A stretch of DNA of 64,000 nt from Eledone cirrhosa (taxonomy: Eukaryota). The notes under the pieces are model-generated. The model was not told the origin of the DNA and did not search any database. It saw nothing but the letters and a program-made list of their open reading frames with translations. Where the stretch lies: assembly GCA_964016885.1 (NCBI GenBank), contig OZ024741.1, positions 341,124,001 to 341,188,000 of the forward strand, written 5' to 3'. Of this stretch, positions 50,266-64,000 are shown one piece after another. The number at the start of each line of letters is the position of its first letter. Positions within the stretch are counted from its first letter, which is position 1. A program made the translations under genes and the position numbers.

Positions 50266-51302
50266 GATAAAGTTAAATGAAATATCATCATCATCATCAT
50301 CATCGTTTTTACTTTTGTTCTTGACACTTGTATGAGGATTAACACGCCCACACACATACACACATTTTTTAAATTAAGGTACTGATTTATGTATTTAGAA
50401 CAGATTTATAAAGGAGAAGAATATGATTGTGTGGTATTCATGCCTTTCTAAAAGACATTGGTATTTTGTCTAATGACTCTACCTCCATATTCCTATGAAT
50501 GATTTCTTTATTTTACATATTCCTATTAATGGTATGGACTCATATGATCAAAGGTCTACTTGATTTGAGGCTGGCCTAGGGTTGAACAATGACATCAATG
50601 ACAACAACGACGAACAATGCCAAAAAGTGTAACTGGTGCAATTCAGCTTAAATAGCAACAGAAATGACATTTATCTGACACGTTGTGGTTGTGAAACCAC
50701 ATATTGCACCTGATGCACTTGATGCAGAGATTTGATGCACCATGTACAGTATAAAGCTGCAGTGTATCAACATTGTGTATGACTGTAGATAAAGTATATA
50801 AACTATGGATAGTCTACAATGCTGTTACATTCTTCTTCCTTTTCCTTTCCACTACCACAATATGGTGTCTTCCAGCAGGTGTGTATGTGTAGAGGATGTC
50901 TACACACACACACACACACATACATGGGAATTTACACATATATATATACACATATATACAAATCCCTTCATGTGAACTATATACTATGCAGTGGTTGACC
51001 CTTTCGAAAATATTAGTGGTTGCAGTCACTTGAGATTTTCTCTTGGTATGAGAAAGTTCCCTGAAGAGTCCACTTCTCCCAGCCTGGTATGCTAAATTAG
51101 AATATCTAGGCTGGTCTTTATGGTGAAACTGCAGTCAGGACCAAAAAGTATTTGAGGCAATTTTTTCATCTTAATTGCTTTACCTATTCATGATTATATA
51201 TATATATATAAACCCGTAGAGAAATATTAGTTTCAGAAGATCCCATTAAGGGTGAAAGCAGCGATTCTTTGCTTAAACTTTAATCTGTTATTTTAATATA
51301 TA

Positions 51303-51902
51303 CTAGCAGAATGGCCCAGCTTTGCTCGGGATTTGCTCTTGGGTTCTTATATATTTGATATATATTTATCCTTATTGAGCCTTGTGAAATAAATGTTTAT
51401 ATTTTGTTATTGTGTATGCAAAAATATCTGTACACGAATATATAATTATATATATATATTAAAATAACAGATTAAAGTTTAAGCAAAGAATCGCTGCTTT
51501 CACCCTTAACGGGATTTCCTGAAACTAAAAAAATCAATCTGTGAATGCAGAAGTAAATATTTCGAAAAACGTTACACACTATATACATATATGCACACAC
51601 ACACAGATAGCGACCTCATAATGTCGTAATGCAGACAGCTAGACATACACACAGATATTATAAGGGCGCAACGTTATATCTATGTATCTATCTAAAAAGA
51701 AAGACTAAGAATTATAGAGAGAGATCGCTAAATTGCCTAATGCGGTCCCTAGGGCATTGAAAATTTGAAATATTTTTTGCTCAAAACATTCACAGGACCA
51801 TAAGTATTACATGTGTAAAGTTTGAAAAAAGTCGGTTTGGTGGTTCTCAAGTTTTAGGGAGTCAGACAGACAGACAGACATTCTCTGTTTTAGATATATA
51901 GA
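51303..51902 (-). mobile_element. Non-autonomous Helitron
   Basis: Minus strand starts TCTATATA with (CTGT)n and ends hairpin CCCGAGC-AAA-GCTGGG + CTAG; inserted between A and T. Confidence 0.7.
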
Positions 51903-52089
51903 TATATACGTTTATGTATTTGTTTCACAAGATTATTGATGAGAAATTGTGTACTGAAACAGATAATATAATAATGTTTGGGGATGGTCATTTTGCCAAT
52001 TTTGCCCATAAAAACACATTCCTTATATGACTTTTCCTTCAGCTCTATTATTATTAGTTATTTGTTATTTTGTGGGTGGTGAGAGGAGG

Positions 52090-52800
52090 AGAGATGAGTA
52101 AGCTGGGAGGACTTGTGTTATGGAGGTCAGCTAGCCCTAGGGAGCAAATGCCATTGTAGTCTTGATAGAAATGTGGGCTAGAAACTGGAGCAAGTCTGTT
52201 AATAACTTTATGCCAATCATGTGATGTTTTTTCTGGATGTGTGACAGCAGCACTGTCTCATATATGGGAGCACTACTCCATTGTGGATCTTACCTGAACA
52301 TTGTGGAGGGTTAGAAGCTGTTGGATGCTGACTTATTTTCTGGCTCTGAAGAGAAGGGCTAGTCTCTTAGATGTATTCATCATGAGAGATTCTCAATAAT
52401 AGTAAGGCCTAGCATTCAATTACTAACTATTCTGCAATGTACTGGCTGCATTTTATCATATCAACAACCCTAGAGTGTTTGCCTTGCCCATGCAATGCTA
52501 AAGTTTTCTTACTATTTTAAATAGTATCCATTCATCCAATACAAATGCAAACAAGAGAGTGATTAGAAGGGGAGTAATAATCATGAGATTGAAAGAGGAA
52601 AGTATGAATATGAATGTGAAGGGAGAAACATATTGATAGGATGGTAGGCGAGGAAAAGAGGAAATGGAGGTAGCTATATAGTTGTTGGTAGGACGTTGAA
52701 TAGAAAATAACAATAATGATAGGGATGTGTCTTACAAGGAAAGAGCAAAATGATAGAAAGCTACAGGAAGAAGTAGTGAGGTTATATCTCAATTTACTAA
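52090..52800 (-). mobile_element. Decayed CR1/Jockey-like LINE remnant
   Basis: RLALLFRARK...QVRSTME.CSHI-like remnant. Confidence 0.5.
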
Positions 52801-53046
52801 CCCTTATACATGAGATGTGTGAAAATATACTATATGACAGTTCTAAGTCTTGCCAGAATAAGAAAAATGATGATGGCTCTTTATGAGGAGAGGCACTCTG
52901 TCTGAAAGAATATACACTCGCATATTTAACAATTATAAGATAGATAAACAGTAGTTGAGAAAAAGAAGAGCAATTATAAAGCCACTGTGAAATGAAATAT
53001 AAAACATGACAAATATTAAATTCTTATTAAAAGAAAAGGGAGTACT

Positions 53047-53128
53047 GCTGTGGTGGCTGAGTGGTTAAGGCATTGGACTTGAAATCCAATGAGATATTTC
53101 CACACATGTTTGAATCCTGTTCACAGTG
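53047..53128 (+). pseudogene. tRNA-Ser(TGA) pseudogene
   Basis: 82 nt; GAGTGGTTAAGG D-loop, TTGGA-CTTGAAA-TCCAA anticodon arm, long variable arm; T loop and stems damaged, mostly by transitions. Confidence 0.8.
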
Positions 53129-53554
53129 TTGATTTCCAGTAAAATATCAGTTAAGTATTGGGAGCAATTTAATAAATTTTCCACTTCCTCAAAAATTATT
53201 GGCCTTGACTTAAAAAGTATTAACAGAATGGAGTAAGTGGATTGGTAATATTGTTAGTGTTCAACAAAATGTCTTGTAGTATTTAGTTATGGTCCTTTAT
53301 ATTCTGAATTCAAATCCTGCAGAGGACAACTTTGCTGTTTTTCCTTCTGCAACTAATAAAATGAAGTATCAGTGATGAACTGAGGTTGGTATAATCAGTA
53401 ATTCTCTTCAACTAAAAATTCTGGTCTTGTGCCTATGTAAGTAATCATTGCAGATAATATAACTGCAGTGCTAGAAACAGTAGTTCACATCCTATCAAAA
53501 TTTCAGAACTAGATGGTATTTTGTATGCAGAAATAAAAGAAAATGTCTGAAGGA

Positions 53555-55560
53555 TATATTTAAAAAGAGTAAAAATGATTTAAAAATCTAGCCTGAACTG
53601 TTTTAACCAATGAGTCAATTTGGTTTTCAAACTTCCCTAACAGTTTCAGGTCATCCATAAACAGAAGGTGGTTTATGAATGGTTCTTGCTTTCCACTTTG
53701 GTAGCCCATTTTTCTTTTTCTGAGTGTGAGTGTTATTATAGGTATCAGTGCCATAACAAATAGTAACGGTGAGAATGAGTCCCTACAGAATATACCTCTT
53801 TTAATTATTAATTCTCCCAGAAAGTCGTTGCTTGAGTATAATTTGGTTTTCCACACTAGCATACTATTCAACATGAACTTTGTGATGTTGTCAGCAATAC
53901 TGAATATCTGCAGGCATTCACCAATCCAAGAATGGGGCACCATATCATATGCCTTCTTAAAGTCAATCCATACCATAGACATGTTTTGTGTGATGTTTCT
54001 TGCAATGCCTCAAAATTGTCTTATCAATAACCTGGTGATCTTTGGTTCCCTGGGACTTTTTCCTACATCTTTTTTGTTCCTTTGTTAGTATTACTTCCTG
54101 TAAAAAAAAATTGCATGTCTTCCCCACAAATATCTCAGTGAGAACATTCCATATTATGTTTAGGCATGCTATAGAGCAGTAGTTTCCCACAGCATTCCTC
54201 TTACTTATATCTTTTATCACAAGCATTGTTCTCCCTGTAACCATCAAGGTGAGGACTGCACCTCTCTGGACAGAATCATTCAATTGTATTCTCAGTCTTT
54301 CATGTATTGCACTGCATCTATTTAACCAAAGGCTGTGGACCCCATCTGGTCCGAGGGCTTTCCAGTTTGGTGTCTTGGCTACTAGATCCTTCACATCGAC
54401 TATGCATATGGTAATATCTCATTGTATATTTCCTCCTCGTAATTCTGTCTTGATGGTATCTATCCACTTGGCATCCTTTCTATGCCTCATAATGTTTCCC
54501 CATATCCCATTCCAGAACTCCTTGGCCTTATTAACATTTGGGATAGTGTCCTTCCCATTCCCAGTGCTTCCTTCCAAAGTGTGGAAGAATTGTTTTACAT
54601 TATTTAGGAACAATCTATTCTCCTCAAACTGTTTATTTCTATTTAACCCTTTAGCATTTAAACCGGCCATCAGACATTTCCTCTAAACCATTGCTCAATT
54701 TTACTTAGATCCTTCCTTAACAATATTATGGCATTTCCAATGAGTCTTTTTCACCATGGTTCTTTTGCCTTAATCTGCTTAGTGCTCACTAGTTGCATTC
54801 AGTCCTCTACAAGCAGTGGAACAGCTCAGATAAGGTTCCTAGCTTGCGTTATGTCTTCTGTCTGGATGTGTTGTATGACAGCATTTATCTTTTTTGTAGT
54901 TTCAATTATCATCTTCCTATCTACTCTTCTCATATTCATTGGGATTCTTTCTTCTGGGGCATTAATCATACTCATCAGATGTCTACATAACTCAAGTGAC
55001 GCCATCACCTTGCATCACCATTCTCATCCTCAGCCATAGCAGGGTTCAATAAATAACATTCCTCTTCAGCAGCCCTAATATTCCCATCACAATCTTCCTG
55101 CTCCTGCTGTCCATTTTTCTCTCTGGCTTCAACTGTAGAGATGGTTTCTGCTTCTGTTCTAACCTCCCTTTGTTGTTCATCTACATGTCCCTTTAAGCAT
55201 TCACTAATCCAAGATATTTCTATTTCAGTTAAACAGCCCTTCTTCCTAATCACCCTCACTTGATTCCTTAGTTTACTTTCAGATATCTCAATCATTCTCT
55301 TTTCCATCCAAAAGTCCACAGTGTGTCATCCTACTCCACGACTGCCTTTCATTTTTGCTCTTTCATAGTATTCAATCAGTGTACTGTACTCTTCCTTTGT
55401 CCATTTGTGTCTAGTTGCGCGCACATTCTGTGTCTGATCTATTGCTTGGCAATGACTGTCCGGAGCCAGATCACTTCTCCTGTTGCTGGGGGCTCTAAAC
55501 ATACTGGGAGAGTGACCGTCACTATGATTAGTTTTAGCCCCATTCATGCCATTAAATATT
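53555..55560 (-). mobile_element. R4/Dong-clade non-LTR retrotransposon, decayed and 3'-truncated
   Basis: N-terminal RHKWTKEE..LIEYY; NWKALGPDGV; WIDFKKAYDMVPHSWI; RGIF..DSFSPLLF; HLLFMDDLKL. Confidence 0.85.
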
Positions 55561-56599
55561 TCATTATTGTTTTACATCATGATACCACGAGAGTGGTTTG
55601 TGGGCCTTTTTCCCTCTCCACTAGTGTTGTTACTGAGACACTGTCTCTATATATAAACTACCTCACCAGGCTAAAGCATGTCTTTATCATTACCAATACC
55701 ATCGACACTACTGCCAACACCACCATCATTATTATCAGTACTACCATCACTATTATTACCATCATCGCTATCACTACCATCACTGTTACCACTACCACTG
55801 CAGTTGTAGTCCTGTTGTTGTTGTGGCATTGTTAATTACAACAACAATAATAATGGTTTTACTATACGCACAACACCAGTAATTTTGGGGGAGGGGAAAG
55901 TCAATTAAATCGACCCCAGTGCATTACTGGTACTTTATTTTATCACCCCCGTAAGGATGACAGGCAAAGTTAACCTCGGCGAGATTTGAACTCGGACTGT
56001 AACTCTTTGCTGCAATGCATGGTGTCCAACTCTCTACTAATTCTGACAATCCACTGCCCTATTATTAACAAAAATAATAATATTAATTATCATGATTATT
56101 ATTATTATTAGTTTATGTAGTGGTGGTGGTGTGGGCTGGTTTTGTCATAAAATTGTATGTTTTGGTGGTGGTCTTGTTATGGTGGTGGTAGTTGAACTTT
56201 GGTCTGTTTCAAATGCTTTTGCAGCAGTGTTGATATAGTGGGGGTGGTGGTGGTGTTATAATTTGTTGCTGTTTTTTTTTATCTTATTGACACTTTTTGC
56301 CATATTTTTCTTTTATCTGAGGTAATGATTTGTTGGTGTATTGCTAAACTCTAGGGAATATATAAGCTGACCAATAAGATTTCTTTCTTTCTTCTTCTTC
56401 TTCTTCTTCTTATTATTATTATTATTAATATGATCATGATGGATCATGCCATGCTGATTTTGCTGCAGATGAGTTCTCTTTAATTTTGTTATATCACACA
56501 AAACTTTGGCACAATTGATTAAATAAGGTTATTTTCTATCAGTCAGAGAAATATCTTTCCAACAATCATCATGAAACGAGCTAAAATGTCCATTCCAAA

Positions 56600-59400
56600 G
56601 TGGGATTTTTATCATTATCCTCCAAAATTCAAAAATGGTCAGTCCTTTGATTGGTGAAAATGATGAATCTGCATTGTTAAAAGCTGCAGAAGCGAGTATG
56701 GAGAGTAATTCAACAGTTTTCATAGCAGCAAACAAAGCTAGCAATAACTGTACCCACCAACACGACAAAAGCAACAGCAACAACAAAAACAACAGTGTTA
56801 ACAACAGCAACAATCAAAAATTAGTTACAGACTTTGAGTGTTTTCCTACTTTGTCCAGCATCATCAATGCCACCAACGACAACATTGCTACCAATGCCAA
56901 CGAAGAAAATAAATATAGCATCACACCAAAAACAGCCAAAAACAATAAGGTAGATTTAGCTACCTTTAGAGAAGTGAAGCGTCTCATACAGAGAGACGGC
57001 AGCAAAATCCAAATAGCAGTGCCAGAAGATCTAATTTCAAATGTACAGAAATGTACACTCATTTATAAATGCATAAATCTCGACAGTAAACACCAGGAGT
57101 AACCCTCTATTCAAGAAGCTCAACATGTCTTCAAGGTATCAACAAAAAAAATTTTTGTTTCAGGATGAAGAGAATATGAGACAATAGAAATGAGATTCAC
57201 ATCAGAAATTAAAGTGAAGGCTCACTCTATCAACTCCTTAAAGAACGTGAGTTTCTTGCTAATCCCAACATATATAGGGAACTATGTAACAAAAAGGAAT
57301 GATCAACTTTCATCAAATCGGACCGAGGAAACAATGTTTCCATTGGTCTTTCCAATTGCTAATACTATCTATCAGTTGCAACTCCAGGTAGAAGGAGCAA
57401 CATGAAATAAAGTGTCTTGCTCAAGGATATAACGTATCACCCGGTCTGGGAATCGAACTCAAAACCTCACGATTGTGAATCCAATTCTCTAACCAGTTGG
57501 CCACACACCTCCACATATATGTAACAAAGGTTACCATAAAAAATGTACCACTAGTAGCAACCATCCTGGAAAACTAAGAGGATAATGAAAACGTCCTCCA
57601 AATTCAAAAATTATGTCAGGAAAGCTAGAGTGGATTTGGGATGGAGCTTTTGATCCAAATAAATCAGGAAAAACTACAGAGGATTCATCATATTGAACTG
57701 CTGAATGGTACACAACTGTTTGTAGCCATGGAAGAGAGACAGCCCTGAATATATATCTGTGGTGTAAACACCCATTTAAGGGCTTTCTGCCCCACACAGG
57801 GAACAAAAGAATGAAAACCTGCACTATTACCAACACCCAACCTACAGCAGCAGCAACACCAACAACAGCAAAAAACATCTACAATAACAGCAAGAAAAAG
57901 AGGTAGGAACAGCAGCAGCAGTAACAAACACAGCAGAGACTGAAGGAGCAACACTATCACCAAAATCAACACACACATGGAAAACATGGCCCTACCCAAC
58001 GTCACACAATTGGATACAAATTGTGACGAAGGGGAGGAGTGGCAAACCGTCTTCCACAACAACAAAAAGAAAAAAAATCTCTCTGACTTCACTCTCAAAG
58101 AAGAAGGAAAATAAAACTAAAGCCTTGAGGCAACAATTACCAACACCTACAACGTTACCAGCAACACCACCACCACCATCATATCATTACCACCATCACC
58201 ATCAACAACTCCACAACCACTACCATTAACACTACATCAGACACCGCAGACACCAACAGCATTACAAACAAAACGAATGATGCGCAAACATGCGCTGAGG
58301 CTACAACATCTCCACCTTTTCCTTGATGGTGAACATGTGCGGTCACTGTTCACTAGACACATTTTCCCTCAGCTCATCTCCTTAAAGGAACTGCAGTCCT
58401 GGGTCAAGTGAAACCAAAAGGCAGTGCTTGGAGCCTGGAATGTCTTCAAGCACTCACAGCCTTCAGCCAATTGGGCAATACAATCAGAGAAAATTCCACC
58501 TTGCTGTTCTATAGAGGGTTAGTGGTGAAAAAATGACAACATTCTTGGAGAGACTGTAGTGATGGATGAAAATTAACTAGCAACTCTTTTCCAGAGGACT
58601 TTCTGTCCAGGGCCCAAGGATAACTTCCAGAAATCCATGACCTTGCTGTGCTACCAAGGAGCTTTGCCTATCCGAGAAAAACTATATAGGCATGGAACTG
58701 CTCTCAAGCGGGCTTGTCTGAGGTGTGTGCAGAGCAATTAAACCATCCTGCATGCACTCATCAAGTGTCTGAGTATTGATGACCTGTGGGTTTATGTCAA
58801 GCACCAGCTGTCATGTGTAGGGCAGATCTGACTATCAACTGAGTCCATTGTGAAGATCACCCTGCCATCTTCCTTTAGAGGAGAAGAACAGGCAATTTTT
58901 TCCTGCCTGATTGCCATGGCGAAATAAGTCATGTAGTGGATGCATTTGAAGGGGTTGAAGATAAACACATTCCTCTTTGGCAAAGCCCTGATTAAATTTT
59001 CAGGTTTCAAGGTGGAGAGGGAAGTGCTGCCATCAAACCAGTTTCTTGATAGATGAGAGCAGTGAGCATGGACCATATGAATGGGCCTATCTTGAGCATA
59101 CGCCTGTAGATTGGAGGAGAACAACTGGGTGAGAGCAATTTGCCCTAGTGGACAGGGTGACCATGGCTTTTTGTGCAAGTTTTGTGCAAGCTTTTCTCCA
59201 CAAGTGACCCTTGAAGTCTCCCTACCTTTGAGGAAATTGCTATATTTGTTTTTTTTTTATGTTTATTTTCTTAGTCTCTGGTATAAATTTATTTTACAAC
59301 AAAAAACTCACACTGTATCATCCTGTACCATCTTTAATGTTTCCTTAATGTGAGCCCTGTGTGGCTAATAAAGAGATCATTATTATTATCATTATTATTA
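56600..59400 (+). mobile_element. Tx1/L1-type LINE, internally deleted (ORF1 plus ORF2 C-terminus)
   Basis: ORF1-like remnant 56635-58200; DNFQKS...ALPIREKLYRHG...CLRC...TILHALIKC (zf-RVT); (ATT)n tail. Confidence 0.7.
57294..57517 (-). mobile_element. CORE SINE inserted in the Tx1 ORF1 with an 11-bp TSD
   Basis: TATGTAACAAA at 57283-57293 and 57518-57528. Confidence 0.7.
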
Positions 59401-59655
59401 TTATTATTATACTTTTATAGAAGAAGAGTACACACATTTATATGATAAGATGAACTTAGAGCAGTAAAAGAAATAGAAGAATATAATGTTATAGGATCAA
59501 TGAATGAGAAAAGAAATATTTCCTACCTTCTATAGTACAGGAAAACCATTGCTAAGAATATGACAGACAGTCCAAGAATTGGTGCTGCAATTGCTATTGG
59601 TAAGATATTACTTTTGCTTTTGGAGATGGAGATCTCTACAAAAAAAAATTTTTTT

Positions 59656-59736
<81 letters not shown>

Positions 59737-60029
59737 TGTGTATGTATGTATGTATGTATGTATGTATGTATGTATGTATGTATATATATATATATATATA
59801 GGTAAGTTATTCCGGGTTGAATCGGAGGTAACCACAGTAAGTAAGGTACTCAATACATAGCAGAGTATAAAAGTTTATATATATATATATATATACATAT
59901 GTATGTATGTATTGTTTTGAAACAGAAATGATTCTCCTACATTGACAAAGCCTTTGCATTTTTTCCATTGTCTGTATAGGTAAATAGAAGTGACCAACAC
60001 ACACATGAATATATATATATAATACAGAT

Positions 60030-61770
60030 CTCGATCCTGTATCATTGTCGTTGAGAGGGGAAATTGAGGGTGCAAGGTCAGCTTTTATCACATCATCCCA
60101 GGTTTTCTTGGATCTTCCTACTCCATATCTTCCATCAACTTTGATCACCCTGCACCATTTTATACAACTGTCATCCTTCAAATGCATCACATGTGCACAC
60201 TGCATCAGATCCCTATTATGCCCAATCTCTCTCTCAGTCCATTTATGCTTTGCTGTTCGTATACAAGCATTGTACAATCTGCCCTTCATTTTAAGGGGAA
60301 AACCTTTTGTAGTTAGCAGTGGTAGTAGCTCCCTGAACTTTTTCCATTACATTCTTACTCTTGCTACTGTACTTTCAGATGTGTATACACATATACATAT
60401 AGAGATCCCAAGGTAAATCGAGGGTAACCACAGTAAATAAGGTACTCAATACATCAGTAGAGTGTGAACATCATTATTTAATATAGAAATGGCTCCTACA
60501 TGACTCCTGTTTCATTCCCTCTGTTGGGTCAACTGAGGATAGTCTCTTTATCTCCCACTCATTCTCTACATTCATCAGCCTCTAAAAGTAATATTTCCAG
60601 GCCTCTTCTTTTGAGTATCAGTGATGCTTAGTGCACTCATGTTATTTCAAGCACACTTTTCCCCAATAACATCTTGATTCTCACTGTAATCCTTGTATCA
60701 AATTGTCTTATTTCAGCCTCTTTGCATGTACACTTGTTGTCTAGATTCTCTCTTAGCTACCTGGTAGTGGTCATTGCTGCTCCAATTGTTCCAGTCTTCT
60801 CATGCCTGTAGCTTGACCTTAATGGCTCTATCCACTGTGCTTTTCACAACCATGTCACTTTCTAACTGGCTGATGTTTTGCTTCAGCCACATGTTTCATC
60901 AGTAGTTTGTGGTAGGTTATGTAAGAACTTCCAGTTGTCCTCTATATTATATGTATCTAACTCACTTTCCCTCTCTTCATATTCATCACATAAATATTTC
61001 TTGATCCTATACTTAACTTCCATACTCTCCATCTCCATATTTTCCTGCATATCATGTTATGTCATGAGATTATTCTAATGTCACTAATTACTAACTAATG
61101 TTGGCGAGTGCATTTTTCTTTGGGAAATGTCTTAACCTTTACAACCATCTTATTTTCTGTCACTTAAGAAGTTAATCCAGCTTCTGTGTTTACCTGATTG
61201 GTAGACAATTGGGTAGCTGGTAGGGTTCCTGTAATTAATGTTGCAAATGGTTAGTTCATTTGCATCACAGAATTCTAAGAGCCTCACTCCCTCTTCATTT
61301 CTCAAATCATAACCATATCCATCATGTGCTCCAGTGTATCCATTTTGGTGCTGCTCAACATGTCCACTGAATTCACCTTCTAGGATGATGAAGTCTCTGT
61401 CATCTGTAACTGAGGTTGTCTGTAAAAGTTTCTCATAGAAACAGTCCTTTTATTCTTTACTTAGTCCTGCCTATGGAGCATAGGTAGATTTAATTATCAC
61501 CATTCTATTTCCTACAGCTATTCTATGAGTGATAATTCTGTCACCTACTCTAACTACCTCTATCATCTTATCTATTCATTTCTAAGAAAGTAGAATGCCT
61601 ACCCAACCTACTCCATCATCATTTCCTACCCAGAAAAGCTTGTAGCTATGTTGTTTGCTTGTGAGTAGTATTGCTGAAACATCCCTCTATCTCACTTTTT
61701 TTACATCCACTCTTCTCCACTCAAGCAACTTCACAATTTCTCCTGAGCTACCAGTATCTCACTTAAATAC
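60030..61770 (-). mobile_element. Decayed RTE LINE fragments (APE domain and 3' end)
   Basis: MKGRLYNACIRTA, GRSKKTWDDVI; YAP, GEFSGHV, GYGY..RNEEG remnants. Confidence 0.75.
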
Positions 61771-62132
61771 ATTCCTGTACTCAACAGAGTATGTGAGGTG
61801 CATTTTCTCATGGCACCAGCACCAGAGTGATCTTTGACAGCTGAAGAGACCTCACGACCCTTCGTTTGACAAGTTTTCTATGGCTGGATACCCTTCCTAT
61901 TATCAACCATTGTACAGAGTGTACCAGGTGCATTTTATCTGGGCATCAGCACTGGGGTGGTCGTTATGTTTTAACTCAGCCGAAGAGTTCTCTCTACCTT
62001 TTGTTTGGCAAGTTTTCTATGGCTGAATGTCCTTCCTACTACTAACTACTTTATAGAGTTAACTGGGTGTGTTTTATCATGTAAGAAGTACTAGGGTGAT
62101 TGTTATGCCCTTGACACAATTGAATATATTAA

Positions 62133-62543
62133 CCTCTTCAGAGCCGTAAACAAGATAACTCGTCCTAACATGTATGCATTCCAGAGCCACGGATGAGATA
62201 ATTCATCCTAACATGTTTGAACTCATTTCCAAGAGTTCATAACTTCAAAGTTATGAAATAGTTTCCAACAGTTCCTAACTTCAAAGCCAGATGGGGTTAC
62301 TAGTCTATTGATGTGACGTTTGTGAATCATTCAGATATGTGTTGTTAATAAATGTTTGTTTAAAAAATAGTCATTTTACTGAAAAAAAACAAAAAACTGG
62401 CATGGTAACTGTAGCTGTGTAAAATATACATGGCAGTCAAGAGGTTAAAGGGTTACAAAATTTATGAAAGTGCATGTATACACGCTGTTTAAATCTAATA
62501 GCAGCTAACCCTATGTAAGCTTTACTAGTAGTCAACAGGTTAA
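62133..62543. mobile_element. piggyBac-type MITE copy carrying 84 bp of the other copy's flank
   Basis: Inverted homologue of 45927-46326. Confidence 0.8.
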
Positions 62544-62789
62544 TCTATACTGATTAATATTGATTCCTTATTCAATCTCTAGTTATTGTTATTGTTTTTT
62601 AGCCGAACGTCATCCCGAGTTGGGCAAATTTCAGATAAAAGGTATTCCAGGTGTGAGAGATCATTCTGTTTAGTTTCTCTTCAGGTATGGTGTATGTTGG
62701 AAGTCATTATCTGATGAGAACCTCTCTTCTAAAACTCAATTACTTACAATCAAATTACACATCAAGTACAATATACACAGTTATTATAT

Positions 62790-63200
62790 CTCATCACCAA
62801 AACAACCACCACTATCATCATCATCACCGTCATCATCACCACCAACATCACTATCTCCACCACCACTGCCACCATCATCACCACCACCACTCATAATCAC
62901 CACCACCACCCCACCACCCATCATCATCGCCACCACACCACCATCACCGACACTACCACCACCATCACTGCCATAATTACCACAATCAAACCACCATCAC
63001 CACCACCACCACTGCCATAATTACCACAATCAAACCACCACCACCACCACCACTCTACCATCACTTCCATAATTACCACAATCAAACCATTACTACCATC
63101 ATCACCACTTCCACCATCACTACCATCATCACCACTTCCACCATCACCACCATCATCACCACCACCACCACCATCACCACAACCACCACCATAATCCTCA
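62790..63200. repeat. (CAC/CAT)n low-complexity tract with short internal duplications
   Basis: Repeated CCATAATTACCACAATCAAACCA. Confidence 0.9.
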
Positions 63201-64000
63201 TCATTTTGATATCTGTTCTTTTATGCCAACATTAATGGCATGACTTTGATGTCACACAATAGATTATTAGATGATATATCCTATATATATATATATTGCA
63301 TCAGGTTATCACACGATACCTTTCCCTCACCCCCTCATATTACATTGCTCACATCATTAGCTGAACTATTATATCACAATCTGATATTTTTAACAAATTC
63401 TCTTACTGTAAGATTACTGTAAAGAAAAAAAAAAGATGAATAGATTATAGACAAACACAATGTATATATTATGTGTGTTTGTGTGTGTGTATATATGTAC
63501 GTATATATAAATATAGAGAGAGAGAGAGAATAGAATTAGAATAAGAATTTAGCTTCGAACATAGCTGTATACAAATATGTATTTGAATTTCGTATTTCTA
63601 AAGAAATACGGTATGTTTATAAATAAATATTTAGAAAGCCATAGCTATGAATGACATTGGCAGCTAACACCACTATGCGGTGCTCGGCAGAAGCAAGGAG
63701 GAAATCGTTGATGCATTTCGAACTCAACTGCTTATTATATGATTGTTAAACTTTCTCTATTTCCATCTAATCACATGGCTCGCTAGACTAAAAACCTGTA
63801 TGCATAGAGCATACTAACCTGCTCTATACTGGATAGTAATCTGCATAACTAATTACCTTTCTCTCCTCTTGATTAGTCTATTTGCTTTTTACCTTGTTTA
63901 TATATATATATATGTATAGAGAGAGAGAGAGTGAAGGTGCATGACTGAGTGGTTAGAGAATTGGACTCGTAATCGTGAGATCAATTCCTGGACTGGGCAA

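Noticed and set aside
52800-52910. Minus-strand acceptor TTCTTTCAG as a possible upstream host exon
   Set aside because: It reads into LINE remnants and gives no transmembrane segment or compatible donor.
53047-53128. Functional tRNA-Ser or tRNA-Sec
   Set aside because: The anticodon is TGA (Ser), not TCA; the T loop and stems are mutated.
62687-62896. Poly-His ORF
   Set aside because: Translation of a (CAC/CAT)n repeat.

Overview
AT-rich, repeat-dense eukaryotic DNA with long (TA)n/(TACA)n/(TGA)n microsatellites and tRNA-derived SINEs. The repeat content points to an octopus/coleoid cephalopod genome (inference). Most ORFs in the track are microsatellite artefacts or transposon debris. Host coding sequence is limited to two probable last exons of a minus-strand gene (49413-49573 and 45218-45300) encoding a sorting-receptor-like cytoplasmic tail. 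Mobile elements include CRE, CR1, RTE, R4/Dong and Tx1 LINEs, Penelope-like elements (PLEs), a non-coding LTR element with identical LTRs, hAT and piggyBac MITEs, a Helitron and a tRNA-Ser pseudogene. Main discovery: the window carries several families of type I hammerhead ribozyme (HHR) motifs, most with non-canonical cores. The best case is a non-coding ~317-320 bp tandem repeat ('retrozyme'-like; 17391-18023 and 34639-35362). Its HHR has a compensatory U3-A8 core and helices that co-vary between the two loci. Other notable signals: a tRNA-Trp primer-binding site that runs through m1A58, a twin-primed RTE insertion, and several templated-repair patchworks. All structures were folded by eye, and no activity is demonstrated.
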